A stretch of DNA of 64,000 nt, from positions 36,396,001 through 36,460,000 of the forward strand of contig NC_058368.1 in assembly GCF_018350175.1 (NCBI RefSeq), in the 5' to 3' direction. The notes beneath the pieces were generated by a model. It was not told the origin of the DNA. It made no database searches and was given only the letters and a program-made list of their open reading frames with translations. This DNA comes from Felis catus. Taxonomy: Eukaryota. Below, piece by piece: positions 51,845 through 64,000 of this stretch (the first letter of the stretch is position 1; the number at the start of each line of letters is the position of its first letter). Made by a program: the position numbers and the translations under genes.

Positions 51845-53579
51845 AAAAGAATATCTATACAACTCTGCAACGAGAACAAAACTATCCTTAATAAATAATT
51901 TCAGATGTAATAAAAAAATTATGTAAGTTCAAGGCATTACCAATCTATTTACATTTTTATCCATTGCATTTAATTTCACGTATTAATAGTTACCGGGAAA
52001 TCTCATTTTACTTTGTTAAAGTCAGAATAATCAATTTTTAAGCTATCATCTGCTGGAAGGTCTAAATTTGAGAATGAATGAATTTAACTTAGGCTTTTCT
52101 AAGAGACTTAAATTTTAAAAGCCTTACAGTTTATATATAATAAGGATCAAAACCCCCCACTATTTGTAGATACAGTGTGCATTTCGAGGTAATACCATAC
52201 TGGCTATTTGCTTGACATTTCTGAAAAGAGCTTAAGTACAAGAAGAAATGAAGAGCAGTGATAATGGAGGGAAATGTTGAACAGTATTATTATTCAGCTC
52301 AATTCTTACCTCCTACCTCGTGCATGTGGTTTTTAAGTAGTAGGAGCTGTCCTTGGTGTTATTTTGCATTTTCATGTGGAGAGGAGGAAATTACCTTCAG
52401 TCTTTATGTGACAAAGAAGTAGGCATGGATGGGAGAGACAGGGTTGATTTTTTTCTCTATTCAGAAACCCTTTCCAGTTCCCCTGAGAAGGACTTCTCTG
52501 CTCTACACAGACATTTCCACTTTGTTCAGCCACTGCTCTGTGGCCAGGACTGTAGCTTGAAGCAGGTGGCAGCTCATTATTATTACCGTCCAGGACCATG
52601 AGTAAGGTTAACTTATATCCAGGCAATTATCCAGATTAAATTCATCCTCAGAGTGAAGCTGATACTGAAAAATGCCAAATGTTTCAACCTTCTGGCCCTA
52701 TAGCAAAAGCACGATCAGATTCCGTACCAAGTTCACTTGCCCTCCTGCACACTGAACATGTCACATCCTTGATTGTGGCCTCTGCTGTGTGATTATGTTT
52801 CATGGGAGCCTGTAGATGCCCGTTTTGGAATACTGACTTCCACATTATTTAATAGGGCTAAGCATAATGCCAGTGCTATTATATAAGAAAACATGATAGA
52901 AAGCTATTCCTCTGCTGTTCCTACTTTCTTTACCAGTAGTCACCATTTCTAAAGACATTAAATCATTATATGTTCTGAAAATAATAACATAGTCTATAGT
53001 GGTGGTATTGAATTCATTTTCATATTTAATTTTAACAAATTAAATGCACTCCCATGTTAGTAGAGAAAGATTATGGGGAGTGAATTTGGTATAATTGATA
53101 CCTATTATGATGACGGTGATTGTTTTGTGGTTTTGAGGATGTCCTGGAACAGGTGAAAGTATTGAGTCAAATAACATCTCCATGGATTCTTTTTATAGTG
53201 ATTTCCATGAGGCATTGCAGATTTGTTAAATAACATTCGTAAGTGCATGGAGTTCTTTTAATATAGAAAGGACCAATGGTCTCACTACACTAATTTCAGT
53301 CTATGAGTCGGATCTAACCTAGAATAAACATTTCCAATTAATCAGATGACAGCAAACACTTATTATATTTGCTGACCAACGTTTGTTGAGTATTTGCTGT
53401 GTAACAATTTCTGTGATGTGTATTGTACTTCATTTAATCTTCCAAGCAATCTTGTTAGGACAGTCCATTCAGAGAGAGGTCAGAAGCCAAGTAGTTCTCT
53501 CAGGATCACGCTGCTAATAAAAGGTGGAGCTAGGGCTCCAACCTGGGTGTGTAACTTCCAAGTCCCTACTGTTGACCAC

Positions 53580-53960
53580 CAAGCTCTGTGACAGCGCTGG
53601 GTAGAAAAAGGGTGAGATAATGGTCCCTGCCTTTAAGCACTTCCCAGTGGAAAAGGAGACACGGATGAATAAACACATCATTGATATCAGTGTGATGCAG
53701 TGAGAACTGGAGAAAATGGATATACAAAATGACATGTGAACCTACAGGCAGAGGAAGCAGCAGTTGCCCTGGGTAAATCAGGTGAGATTTCCCAGAAGTG
53801 AAATCTGACGTATAAAGGAAGAAAAGGGTATTCAAGTCTAAGAGCACAGTTAGTAAAGAGCCACCAAAGAGCAAAAGACATTATCATAATATGGAAATCA
53901 TGTAGTTTGGTGTGGGGGTAGAGGTGCTGGTGGCAGGAATGTTAGAATTAAGTACAGCAA
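53580..53960 (-). mobile_element. L2 fragment
   Basis: atggtccctgcctttaagcacttcccagt...atcaggtgagatttcccagaag. Confidence 0.55.
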
Positions 53961-55419
53961 TGCTCTGAATTTACTCTATTGAATAACTGAATATTAAAAT
54001 AGTCTGTAGGGATCAGGGAGCAGAAGTTAGAGGTTAAGTGACTAAGACAGGACTTATGACTTGCTAAGTTTTAAGCGAGGTCTATTTTTCTAGTTATTTT
54101 AATTACTTTGTCAGCATCCTTCAGAACACATCCTTTCTGTAGATTTTTTGTTTCAGGTCAACAACTCCGTGTGCATTTCAGCTAATGCCTCATTATTATG
54201 CTAACTGTATTTTCTTTGTTGAAACTCTATATTACAGTGTGTTACTATATATGGCAGGGTATGATTTGGCCTTGCCGAACTTTGGGCCATTACCAGTGGC
54301 TTCAGATTGAACAGGGTTATTTTGAGGTCATATGCTGACGCTACAAAGGATTGAATTATTTATGACTTTAATATTCACCAGTGTTTCTAGCTCAAGATCC
54401 AATATACCACTGAATATTATCTGTCAACAAAAAACTGCATCTGTTCTATTTGTTGATGACTGATAAAACAAAGCAGTTTGAATTGCTGCTTTGAACTCAG
54501 TGTGGGTTGAATTTCTGCCCCAAGTATTTCAATCATAATAATATTAATGTAATAAATGTTTAAAATATTTGTAATTAATAATAATAATATTTGTGTCTGA
54601 TACTAAATAGCACCAATCATAATGAATACATAAAATTAATATATATACACATCTATGTATGTGTATAATTTTACTATATTACTATATTTCTATTCTTATT
54701 TTTACATTATAGAGACTGACTGAGGGGAAATAGGTATCTTCCTGAAACACTAGCTGTGAGTCCCAGCTACATTCTGTAAACAATCAGGGTCTGGCATAAA
54801 ATACATATGTATTTTTTTAATTATGAGAGGAAACACCTCTACCTCATTTGACCACTTTTTTCCTTGTACTTCTTACCTTCAGTAAAGCTTAAGAAAAATA
54901 GATATTAATTATTATGAGAGAAGAGGCAGAAGAAATATTTTATAATAGTAACAGAAATCCCTCTTTCTAAAAGGCATCTGAAAAATAAATATATTGATAC
55001 ATTTACAGAATTAAACCTAAGAGATGGAGGCATTTTAGAGTTCACTTTTAATCGTTTTAAAAATATTTTTTTCAAAACTCGACATAAAAATATTTCTCTC
55101 TGAGCATCAACCCTGAAACGGGTTTTCACGACCTCACAGTAGTTTTTGTTTTGGACAAATCAGGCAGCACAGGGCATTTCTCGGAACAACACTAGAAAAT
55201 GGAACATCTTAAAGTATTAATTAGTTTTCCCAACGGGCAACGTTCTGTCTGGTAGTTGCATTACTAACCAATAACCTGGCATAAAATAAATCACAGATAT
55301 GTCCAATAATGTAGCACGAGAGCAAGTATTGAATCACAGTGCAGACTGAAGGGAGTGACACAAAGCAGACACCACAGTGCCTGCAACGTAGCATGCAATT
55401 CATACATGTTAGTTTCTCA

Positions 55420-56026
55420 TATCCCAGGATTACTGTGGCTGCCTGACAGATTACCCCAAAATTTGATGGCTTAAAATAATAATAATAGCCACGTATTCTT
55501 TGTCATGGTTCCTGCGGTTCAGGAACTAGAAATCGTACAGGACACTGCAGGCTCAACTCTTCTCTGATCCATGCTGTCCCAGGCCTCAGCGGGAAGAGCC
55601 AAGGGCTGAAGTCTGAATCATCTGAAGATTCGTTTACTCACACGTCTGGCAGTTGCTGGTGATTATCTGTTGCAGGCCTAAGGCTGTTGGCTGGAACTTC
55701 CACGCATGGCCTTTCTGTGTGACCTGAGCTTCCTCACAATACGGTGGTTGGGGTCTGAGCGCAAGCATAAGCTAGATGCGGCAAGGGGGTGGGAGGGTGA
55801 GGGAGAGGCTAGACTGAGCTGTTTTGTCTTTTGTGATCCAGCCTCAGAAACCAAGCAGCCTTACTTCACCCATATGGGAATGGTCAAGGAAGTTATAGAG
55901 ACTTAAAAGGAACAAATGATCCACCCCACCTGTCAGTGGAGGCATGTGAATGTCTCACGGTAAGAAGAGCATATGGGGCAGGATACACACTGGCACAGCC
56001 ATCTCTGAAACTTGCCAACCTACCAT
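55420..56026 (-). mobile_element. MLT1G/H-like MaLR solo LTR
   Basis: ttaccccaaaatttgatggcttaaaataat...gaatcatctgaagattcgtttactcacacgtctggc...gagcttcctcacaatacggtgg...cagccatctctgaaa. Confidence 0.8.
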
Positions 56027-57007
56027 TAATTTGAAGTAATAAAATTACACTTGAAACCATACAAATTTGGAGGGTCTAAAGGACTTCATAATTCAATTAT
56101 TCACAAAGCCAACACTTTGGGGAAAAAAAAAAAAAACTCTCTGGAGTCCCTGAGAAGTAAATGGTCTGAGTGAGGCCATTCAACTGGTTATTCTAGTGTC
56201 AATAGTGGAGCCCAGGTTTGCCAAATTTCAATTCTATCGTGATTTATTGTATCAGTATTCCATTAAATGTGACTGAGTTTGTTCATTGATTAGAAAAAGG
56301 GCTTAATGTATTTAAAACTATCCATCCATTGTACAAGAAATACAATTCTTATATATGACAAATTTGAATTATTGAAACTAATATTGGGGGAGGATGTTTC
56401 CTAGCTGAGGTGTAAAAAGTGTGTAGATGCTAATGCAACCTCACTTGAAATCGCAGGCAGATCAGGTCTGTGAAAATTTGGACCACAGTAATAAACTAAT
56501 AGTTAACACTTAATTAGCAATGATTTTTATTTGACTTCTTAGAATTTTGATGGGTATCTGAATGAATGATTTTGGATAACTTATGTCTACAAAAATAGAC
56601 CTGTTACTTTCTCTTCCTCTCATTCTGAGTCAAGCAGAAGCATTATAAAATTACTCCATTTATCACCCTTTTTGAAAACATTTACTGAAACACTCAACTA
56701 CTTGAAAACATCATTACAGGTTTATTTTGTTGAAATTTAGAGACACCCCCCCCCCAGCCTCTTCTATCTGGCTGTCCTCTTTATTGTTTTATTCTTTGCT
56801 GTTCCCAAAACCAACCTTTCTTTTCTCACCTTTAAGTCTCTGCCACCTGAAATCCAGGGTAGCTTTGAGAGTTTACCAAAAGCACAAAAATGGGGTTGAA
56901 TAGGCAGCGGAGGATGGATAACCTGTTACCAGGAGCTTAGACTCAAACCAGTGCTGCCTTTGACCAACTACAAATTCGAGCCTCAGTTTTGTCACCTGCA
57001 AGATGGG

Positions 57008-57013
<6 letters not shown>

Positions 57014-57052
<39 letters not shown>
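57014..57052. repeat. (AC)19 microsatellite inside a MIR
   Basis: Perfect AC run directly after the MIR core gcctcagttttgtcacctgcaagatggg. Confidence 0.95.
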
Positions 57053-57055
<3 letters not shown>

Positions 57056-57167
57056 TCTAACAGCTTTGTTGTTACGATTAAATGAGCTAATACATAGAAT
57101 GATATATAACATATTGTAAGAACTCCCATTACCTAGCTCATACAAGAGTTATGAGTCAAATTTTTTC

Positions 57168-57199
<32 letters not shown>

Positions 57200-57654
57200 T
57201 TTCTTTTAATGTTTATTTATTTTTGAGAGAGAGACAGCAAGTGGGGTAGGGGCAGAGAGAGGGAGGGAGACACAGAATCTGAAGCAGGCTCCAGCCTCTG
57301 AGCTATCAGCACAGAGCCCGATGTGGGGCTGGAACCCATGAACTGCGAGATCATGACCTGAGCTGAAGTTGGATGTTTAACTGACTGAGCCACCCAGGCG
57401 CCCCAAGTTGTTGTTTTTTATTTTTTATTTTTTTTTTAATTTTTTTTTCAGCGTTTTTTATTTATTTTTGGGACAGAGAGAGACAGAGCATGAACGGGGG
57501 AGGGGCAGAGAGAGAGGGAGACACAGAACCGGAAACAGGCTCCAGGCTCCGAGCCATCAGCCCAGAGCCCGATGCGGGGCTCGAACTCACGGACCGCGAG
57601 ATCGTGACCTGGCTGAAGTTGGACGCTTAACCGACTGCGCCACCCAGGCGCCCC
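57168..57654 (-). mobile_element. Two tandem Can-SINEs (about 57168-57404, and a young feline copy at 57421-57654)
   Basis: Two reverse bodies. The younger is flanked by a perfect TSD aagttgttgtttttta at 57405-57420 and 57655-57670. Confidence 0.96.
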
Positions 57655-58117
57655 AAGTTGTTGTTTTTTAAACACTAACTAGATAGAACCAGTCTACCCA
57701 GCAACTCCCTTAATCTCCACTCACATGATCCTCTTCTACAAGAGCTGATCTGTGCCTAAAGATCTTTGTTGAGAAGTAGAACACAGGTAATAGGATAATT
57801 TTGAATGAGCAGAGGGGCAAGACAACCTTTTACTTGTTACTGAGACATTTTAGGCATAAAAGTGAACATGAACTGACTTTTTCCCCCGGGCTTAGAAAAT
57901 TCCCTTTCTAATGCTTTACAGCAAAAATTATCAGACGTGACTCCTGGCTGGTAATTTAGGGCTCTCACTATTTTTAGCTCTGGAAAGTCAGTGAAGGGAT
58001 TTAGATTGTGAGAACAGTCTCAAAGCCCAGCTAAACTTTCTGGCCTAGTAACATTCTATCCAAGTGCAGAATGCCAGCTAGTACTCCTACAGCTGCTGAG
58101 CAGGAACAGAAGGAAAT

Positions 58118-58119
58118 GA

Positions 58120-58159
<40 letters not shown>

Positions 58160-58217
58160 AGAAAGAAAAGAAAGAAAGAGTAAGGAAGAGAGAGAAAGAG
58201 GCAGGGGGAAGAAAAAA

Positions 58218-58270
<53 letters not shown>

Positions 58271-58316
58271 AGAAAAAGGAAGAAAGAAGAAAAAGGAAGG
58301 AAGAAAGAAAGAAAAA
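58118..58316. repeat. Compound (GAAA)n polypurine tract
   Basis: About 200 bp, almost entirely A/G. Confidence 0.95.
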
Positions 58317-58329
58317 TTGTACAAGCTAC

Positions 58330-58448
58330 ACTCCCAATTTTGTCATATCCACATACTTCCTGTATTATTATTTGCTTAATATATGTTTTTAAACAGAGCC
58401 ACTCTTTTTAATGTTTATTTATTTTTGAGGGTGGGGGGAGGGGCAGAG

Positions 58449-58490
<42 letters not shown>

Positions 58491-59108
58491 GAGAGAGAGA
58501 GAGACAGGATCTGCAGTGGTCTCCATGCTGAGAGCAGAGAGCCCAATGAGATCATGATGTGAGCTGAAGTTGGATGCTTAACAGATTGAGCTACCTAGGT
58601 GCTCCTAAATGGAGCCACTTTTTAAAATCCTATATGTATTTAGACAAGAAACTTTATTCACTACTGTAAATGGAAAATCAGAGTAAGTTTCCATGAATAG
58701 AAAATAATTATAAAAAATAATTACAATGAAAACTAAGTAACATTGTTAAATTATGGTTAGGGATTGTTGTCTACAGAAGATTTTGACCTTCAGGCCTGCT
58801 ATCTTTTTTTTGTTAAAAATGGAGGTTGGCAAATGCTAGAGGGATGTTAGAAATACTTGCTCCAAACAGACACCACTTTTTTGAGGCCATTAGACAAACT
58901 GAAAGAGAATTGGAAAGGAGAGCAACTTTCTCACAATGTTTTTGATTCAATATTTATTGAGTCGATGTTATTTAAATCATGTCCACAAGGGCACCTGGGG
59001 GCTCAGTTGGTTAAGCGTCTGACTTGATTCCCACTCAGGTCATGATCTCATGGTCATGAGATCAAGCCCTGCAGTGGGCTCTACACTGACAACACAGAGC
59101 TTGCTTGG

Positions 59109-59143
<35 letters not shown>

Positions 59144-59235
59144 CCTCCCCTGCTCACCCTCTCTTTCTCAAATAAATAAAATTTAAAAAAATAATAAAAT
59201 ACAATAAATCATGCCCACAAACAGTATGGAAATGC
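58330..59235. mobile_element. MER113-like hAT-Charlie element, interrupted by two Can-SINEs (58405-58605 minus, 58989-59203 plus)
   Basis: ttttgtcatatccacatacttcctgtattattatttgcttaatat and ctactgtaaatggaaaatcag resemble MER113. SINE TSDs gagccact...tttt and taaatcatgtccacaa / taaatcatgcccacaa. Confidence 0.7.
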
Positions 59236-59349
59236 TTATGATAAAAATAATAGATAATAGATAATAATAATAGATAATAGATAATAAATTTAGATTTCAT
59301 GACAGAAATCTAAAATGATGTCTATGTCTACTTGTCTCGTATTTGGGAA

Positions 59350-59560
59350 ATGGTGTATTGGGTAAGAACGTGGTCTGAGTGTTGGATAGACGCAGATTGA
59401 AATCTCAGATTTGTCATTTAATGGCACAGCTATCTTGGAAGGGTTATTTTACCACCATAATCCTGTTTCCTCATTTGCATTTAAGAAAATACCTTGCACA
59501 TTCAACAAATTTTGTTGTGATGATAATGAATATGAGGATATGTGAATATCAATGTACAGG
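59350..59560 (+). mobile_element. MIR SINE
   Basis: atggtgtattgggtaagaacgtggtctgagtgttgga...ctgtttcctcatttgca. Confidence 0.65.
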
Positions 59561-60730
59561 ATGAGCTGAGGAAGGGGACTGTATATAGTTTCTTATTGTT
59601 TTATTAAGGTGTTGGCTTACGGCTTGTCAAGCAAATATATTTTAACTTAATTCAGTTTATTTGGTTTAATAATCCATCCACATTATCTGTCCTTCAGGAT
59701 AGCAGTTCTTCTCGCAACCTGAGTACAGCTTCTGTACTTCTTTGCTCCTTCTTCCTTCTCCCTACTGTTTACTGTGGTTGTGCCTTAGGCTTAAGAATTG
59801 AGCCTCTCCTCAGCATTTACGTTACTCCTCACAACCTGTTTGTAAGGCTTCAACAAGTTCTTTAAGAAGATGACTCTAAAAATCAGCACTTCCAAATCTG
59901 CCTGTCATCTGTTTATAGCCCACATTTCGACTCGATACTTGGCATAGTTTGTCACTTCTGCTTCAACATGCCCCAAATCGGCACATTCATTTCATCCTCT
60001 TCTCATCAAGGACCCCACTATTTTCCGGTTACTCACGAGTGTCGGAGCTAAGTGTGTGTGTGTTGTGGAGTCAAAACACTCGGGGATCTTAGCTCTTCCA
60101 TTTATAAATCTGACTGAAAATTACTTGTCAGGATGAACTCACTAAATAAATACATACATATATTTGGATACATATTTTTTTCTTTTGATAATACATATGT
60201 GGATATATTTTGGTCAAAACTTCCCAATAATGCAAGAGAAATGGATAGTGGAAGAAATACCCATAAAGAAATATAGCCAGCATCCATTTTACACTGAATT
60301 TTCTTACCTAACTGACCACTCTAAAGCAAGGAGTTAACATTAGTTGGAAACAAGGTGAGGAATAAAGCATATTCATGTGTTCTTTCATGTGCCTTCTTGT
60401 GAAATGTTAGTTCTAAAATTAATTCCAATTAGTTTCGATAAGTCTTATCAGTGTGCTGAAAAGTGGCATGAGTACCAGAGAGCAGGGACAAATGACAATG
60501 ATTGAACTCTGGAGAGAATATGAAGACAGAGCTGCATGTTAGGTCGGGTATTAGCGGCGAGCTTCGAAGAGGATAAATGATTTGTAAAATATTTATATGG
60601 TAATTTTGTGAACAGTGAGAAAGTATGGGAAAGAATCTTAGCAAATTTCATTAAGTATGAATATTACGACAAAAGTCTACAAAGATCTTTGTGGGTAATT
60701 TCCTCATCTCTTTAAAAACAGATCATTCTT

Positions 60731-60958
60731 GGGGTGTCTGGACACCTCAGTCGGGTAAGTGACCTACTCTTGATTTTGGCTCAGGTCATGATGTCATGGT
60801 TCCTGGCATTGAGCCCTGAGTTGGGCTCTGTGCTGACAGCGTGGAGCCTGCTTGGGATCCTCTCTCTCTCTGTCTGTCTCTCTCCCGCTCACATGTACAT
60901 GCTCTATTTCTCTCTTTCTCTGAAAAAACAAACAAACAAACAAACAAACAAAAAACAA
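60731..60958 (+). mobile_element. Can-SINE with (AAAC)n tail
   Basis: Head, ctcaggtcatgatgtcatggt, (CT)n tract, tail. Confidence 0.92.
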
Positions 60959-61996
60959 CTTTAAAAACAAACCATCCTGGCACTGTTTTAGATCATCTGT
61001 AGACACCAAATACTTATGGTCTCTGCACAAAACAGCATAAAAGGCAAGTTTAATGGCTTTAAGGAATATGACAGAATGTAGTACTTGAAGTATATTGAAT
61101 GAAATAACTAAAAGATATGTAGCCTAACTTTGTACCATGAAGAAAACAAAAGGGGCCAATTCCTCTTGCACATACTTATGAAGTGGCCTATGTTGTAAAG
61201 TTGTTGGAAAGTGACTGTCCATGATTTTTATTTGAATTCAAGTGATTATGGTAAAATTGGAATATATACAGAAGATACATTAAATTGCGATGATTGATTT
61301 TATAAGTGGGTGCAACTAGCATTCTTTTAAATCATATGTTCTTAAAATTTTACTTTACAAGCATTTAGTAGGAATACAACTATGGTAGATAGCTTTTGGG
61401 GTGTCTGCTCAGGTAAGTGCCTCAATTGCCAGCTTTTTCTCATGTGGCAGCCTCTGTGTAGAACGTGATCTCATCCTCTGACCATACTGATTGAACCCCA
61501 TGCTGAGCTCTTTACCCATGCCATGCCAGATGCCTTCTCTGAAATTTCTGTTTGGGATCAAGAATGTGAGATGGTCTCTCTGGGGGATGGGACCATGATA
61601 CATAAACTCAGGAGCTAAACACACACACTGTTATGCAAATTAGAAAGTAAAGAGAAAGAAGAAAGCAAAGGAGAGTAGGGAACAAAAGAGAGTAGAGATG
61701 GAATGTTGCCTGGGAGTCTGGTGGCTTTCAGCTATTACTTCCTATTCTTCCCAAGGTCCACCACTTTTGTGCTCCTGGGTTCTATAGGACTCCCTGTATC
61801 TTTATTCATTCTATTTGAAAAAATTGCTTACTTAAGTCAGCTGTTACTGAAATTGAAGAGGCCTGAAACAACATCTCCTGTATCTACCATACTTTCAGTG
61901 GAATATCAAAACTACTTAATGTAGATTTGGAAATGTTTAGTTGAAATCTCAAAGACATTTGAAGTACTCAGTTACTTATAAAAAATGATTAATTGA

Positions 61997-62231
61997 GGGG
62001 CGCCTGGGTGGCGCAGTCGGTTAAGCGTCCGACTTCAGCCAGGTCACGATCTCGCGGTCCGGGAGTTGGAGCCCTGCGTCAGGCTCTGGGCTGATGGCTC
62101 AGAGCCTGGAGCCTGTTTCCGATTCTGTGTCTCCCTCTCTCTCTCTGCCCCTCCCCCGTTCATGCTCTGTCTCTCTCTGTCCCAAAAATAAATAAACGTT
62201 GAAAAAAAATTTTTTTTAAATAAAAAAAAAA
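61997..62231 (+). mobile_element. Young feline Can-SINE (SINEC_Fc type)
   Basis: Near-identical to the copy at 2674, with CpGs retained. TSD gattaattga. Confidence 0.97.
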
Positions 62232-63459
62232 GATTAATTGAAATGTGTATGTAGGATACTTAGGTCAGGTAAAGCAAGAAATAAGAAATAATATTTCGAA
62301 TATATGAATGTAATTCAAACAACAAGGAGAAATAATATAAACAAAATCCTAAAGTACATATCATGAGAAGTGTTGCAGTATATTAGATGATAAAATCCTT
62401 AACGAGGGCAGAAGACTCTTCAAGTTGTTACAACGACCAACCATACTGCACATAGATGTGAAACACTAAGATTTCAGAGAATAAAAGATGCCACAGTAAT
62501 TCACTCTGCCATATTCTCATCAGACCTGTATATGTTTTTGTAAAAATAGTACCTGCTAGTTTTGGAAAATACACATACATTTAAGGGCATAAAATCATAC
62601 TTCTTCTATGAACACCCAGATATCTATATTAGTAACATTTATGTGTATGTCCTCTCAATCTTTTTCTTCACTTATAACTCATCTTCCTGTATTTATGTTC
62701 AGTTATGCTCATATTTTGTTGTGTTTTGTAGTAACTGACAAAACCCACAGTGATAATTTCCGAAATTTAATGTATTAAATAAAATACATGGTTTCTTCCC
62801 TAAACAGCTAGAATGGAATCTCTATGAGGACAAGGACTCCATTGGTCTTACTCACAGCTGCCTACCCATGCCTAGCCCCTAAGTAAATACATTTTGTTAA
62901 AATAATATTTGAATAAATAGTCTAACGCAAGCACACACATATACATAGCACAAAATCAAGTTTAGTTTATAATTAGTCATTTTAATAATAAAAATACAAA
63001 TTCTAATATTATACATAAGTTTGCAGCTTTGATTGGACCTTCATGGCACTCACTACAATTGGAACTAATTAACTGTGTGTACATAACTTAATGTTTTTAT
63101 CCTCAGACTATAAACTTCAAAGGCCGGGATCGTGACTGCGGATATTACCTGCAGTGCCTTGCACAATGATTGGCTCCTAGTGTGGGTTTAATACATCCCT
63201 GTTGAATCAATAACTGGTTTATTCATGTAGCCTCATGGTTCTCAAAACTTCTTTTTATTTGCTGAATGCTTCATTCAAATTAAATCTGTCATCAAAATGC
63301 AGTGTGTAAAGCAAGTTAAAGTAGTGCTGTTCAGCTTTGAGTGGGCTTGGAGGCCTTGACTCCAGCTTCCTGACCCTTCTCCTTGTCCCCTACTGTGGTT
63401 CTTGAGGCACCATGGAGAGCCACTAGGGTTCCTTAGAAAATCCTTTGATAAGCCACTGA

Positions 63460-63732
63460 ACCCATCTAACCACTTGGATTCCTTTTTGTAACATTCATCT
63501 AATGGAGACTTAGTACCTCCATCACCGGGGAACTCACACTTGTTCTGAGGTTGGGAACTCACGCTGTTCTGAGGTTGCCTGTTTTCCTTGTTGGACTGCC
63601 TCTAGGTTAAGATTTTTTTATTATATTAAGATGAAGTCTTCTCTATAGTCCTTAGAACTACCCTCTGAGACTGACAACAAGTCTAAATGTTCTTGTACAT
63701 GTGTCTTTCAAATTTCTGAGGGTCACTATTAC
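63460..63732 (-). mobile_element. CR1/L3 LINE fragment
   Basis: tacctccatcaccggggaactcac...ttggactgcctcta...cttagaactaccctctgag...aacaagtctaa resembles the reverse L3 3' region. Confidence 0.65.
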
Positions 63733-64000
63733 AGTCTGGTGGGGTTTTTTTGTTTGTTTGTTTGTTTGCCCTCCTCTCCTCTTTTTTTCTTCCTTATTTT
63801 TTCTCATACTACTTATATTTTGATTATGTTGATGATATAACAGAACAGTATACTAAAATAAAAGTATATTAATGTTATTGTTGTAAAGTATCATGTAATG
63901 AAAGTGTTGCAACTTGCCTTTTTGAGGTATTTAAAATGTAGCAATAAGTATAAATAATAATATAAAACCATCCATATTCTTACTACTCAAGGAACAGTAA

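Noticed and set aside
58031..58379. K/E/R-rich and F/L/S-rich ORFs of about 100 aa on both strands
   Set aside because: They are translations of the (GAAA)n microsatellite.
1..64000. CRISPR arrays, operons or other prokaryotic systems
   Set aside because: There is no regularly spaced repeat-spacer structure, and the sequence is clearly mammalian.

Overview
Mammalian, AT-rich, repeat-dense DNA, almost certainly from a felid: it carries about 25 tRNA-derived Can-SINEs, including the young feline SINEC_Fc type with intact target-site duplications (TSDs). I found no intact protein-coding exon, RNA gene or CpG island, so the window reads as intergenic or deep-intronic. Most of it is transposable-element fossils: L1, L2, MIR, CR1/L3, MaLR/ERVL LTRs and hAT DNA transposons. 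Family names come from remembered consensus sequences, not from a database search. The most interesting non-repeat signal is a decayed S100-type calcium-binding gene on the + strand. It has a canonical EF-hand segment behind a splice acceptor (10127-10295) and a weaker N-terminal pseudo-EF-hand segment about 550 bp upstream (9464-9581). Together they suggest an unprocessed, possibly unitary, S100 pseudogene. Other observations are a cluster of dyad-symmetric FOX/SOX/CCAAT motifs (21.2-21.8 kb) beside an unassigned 326-bp solo LTR, two TSD-flanked tail-only insertions, a re-used SINE insertion site, close inverted SINE pairs, and one candidate exon at 52465-52601.
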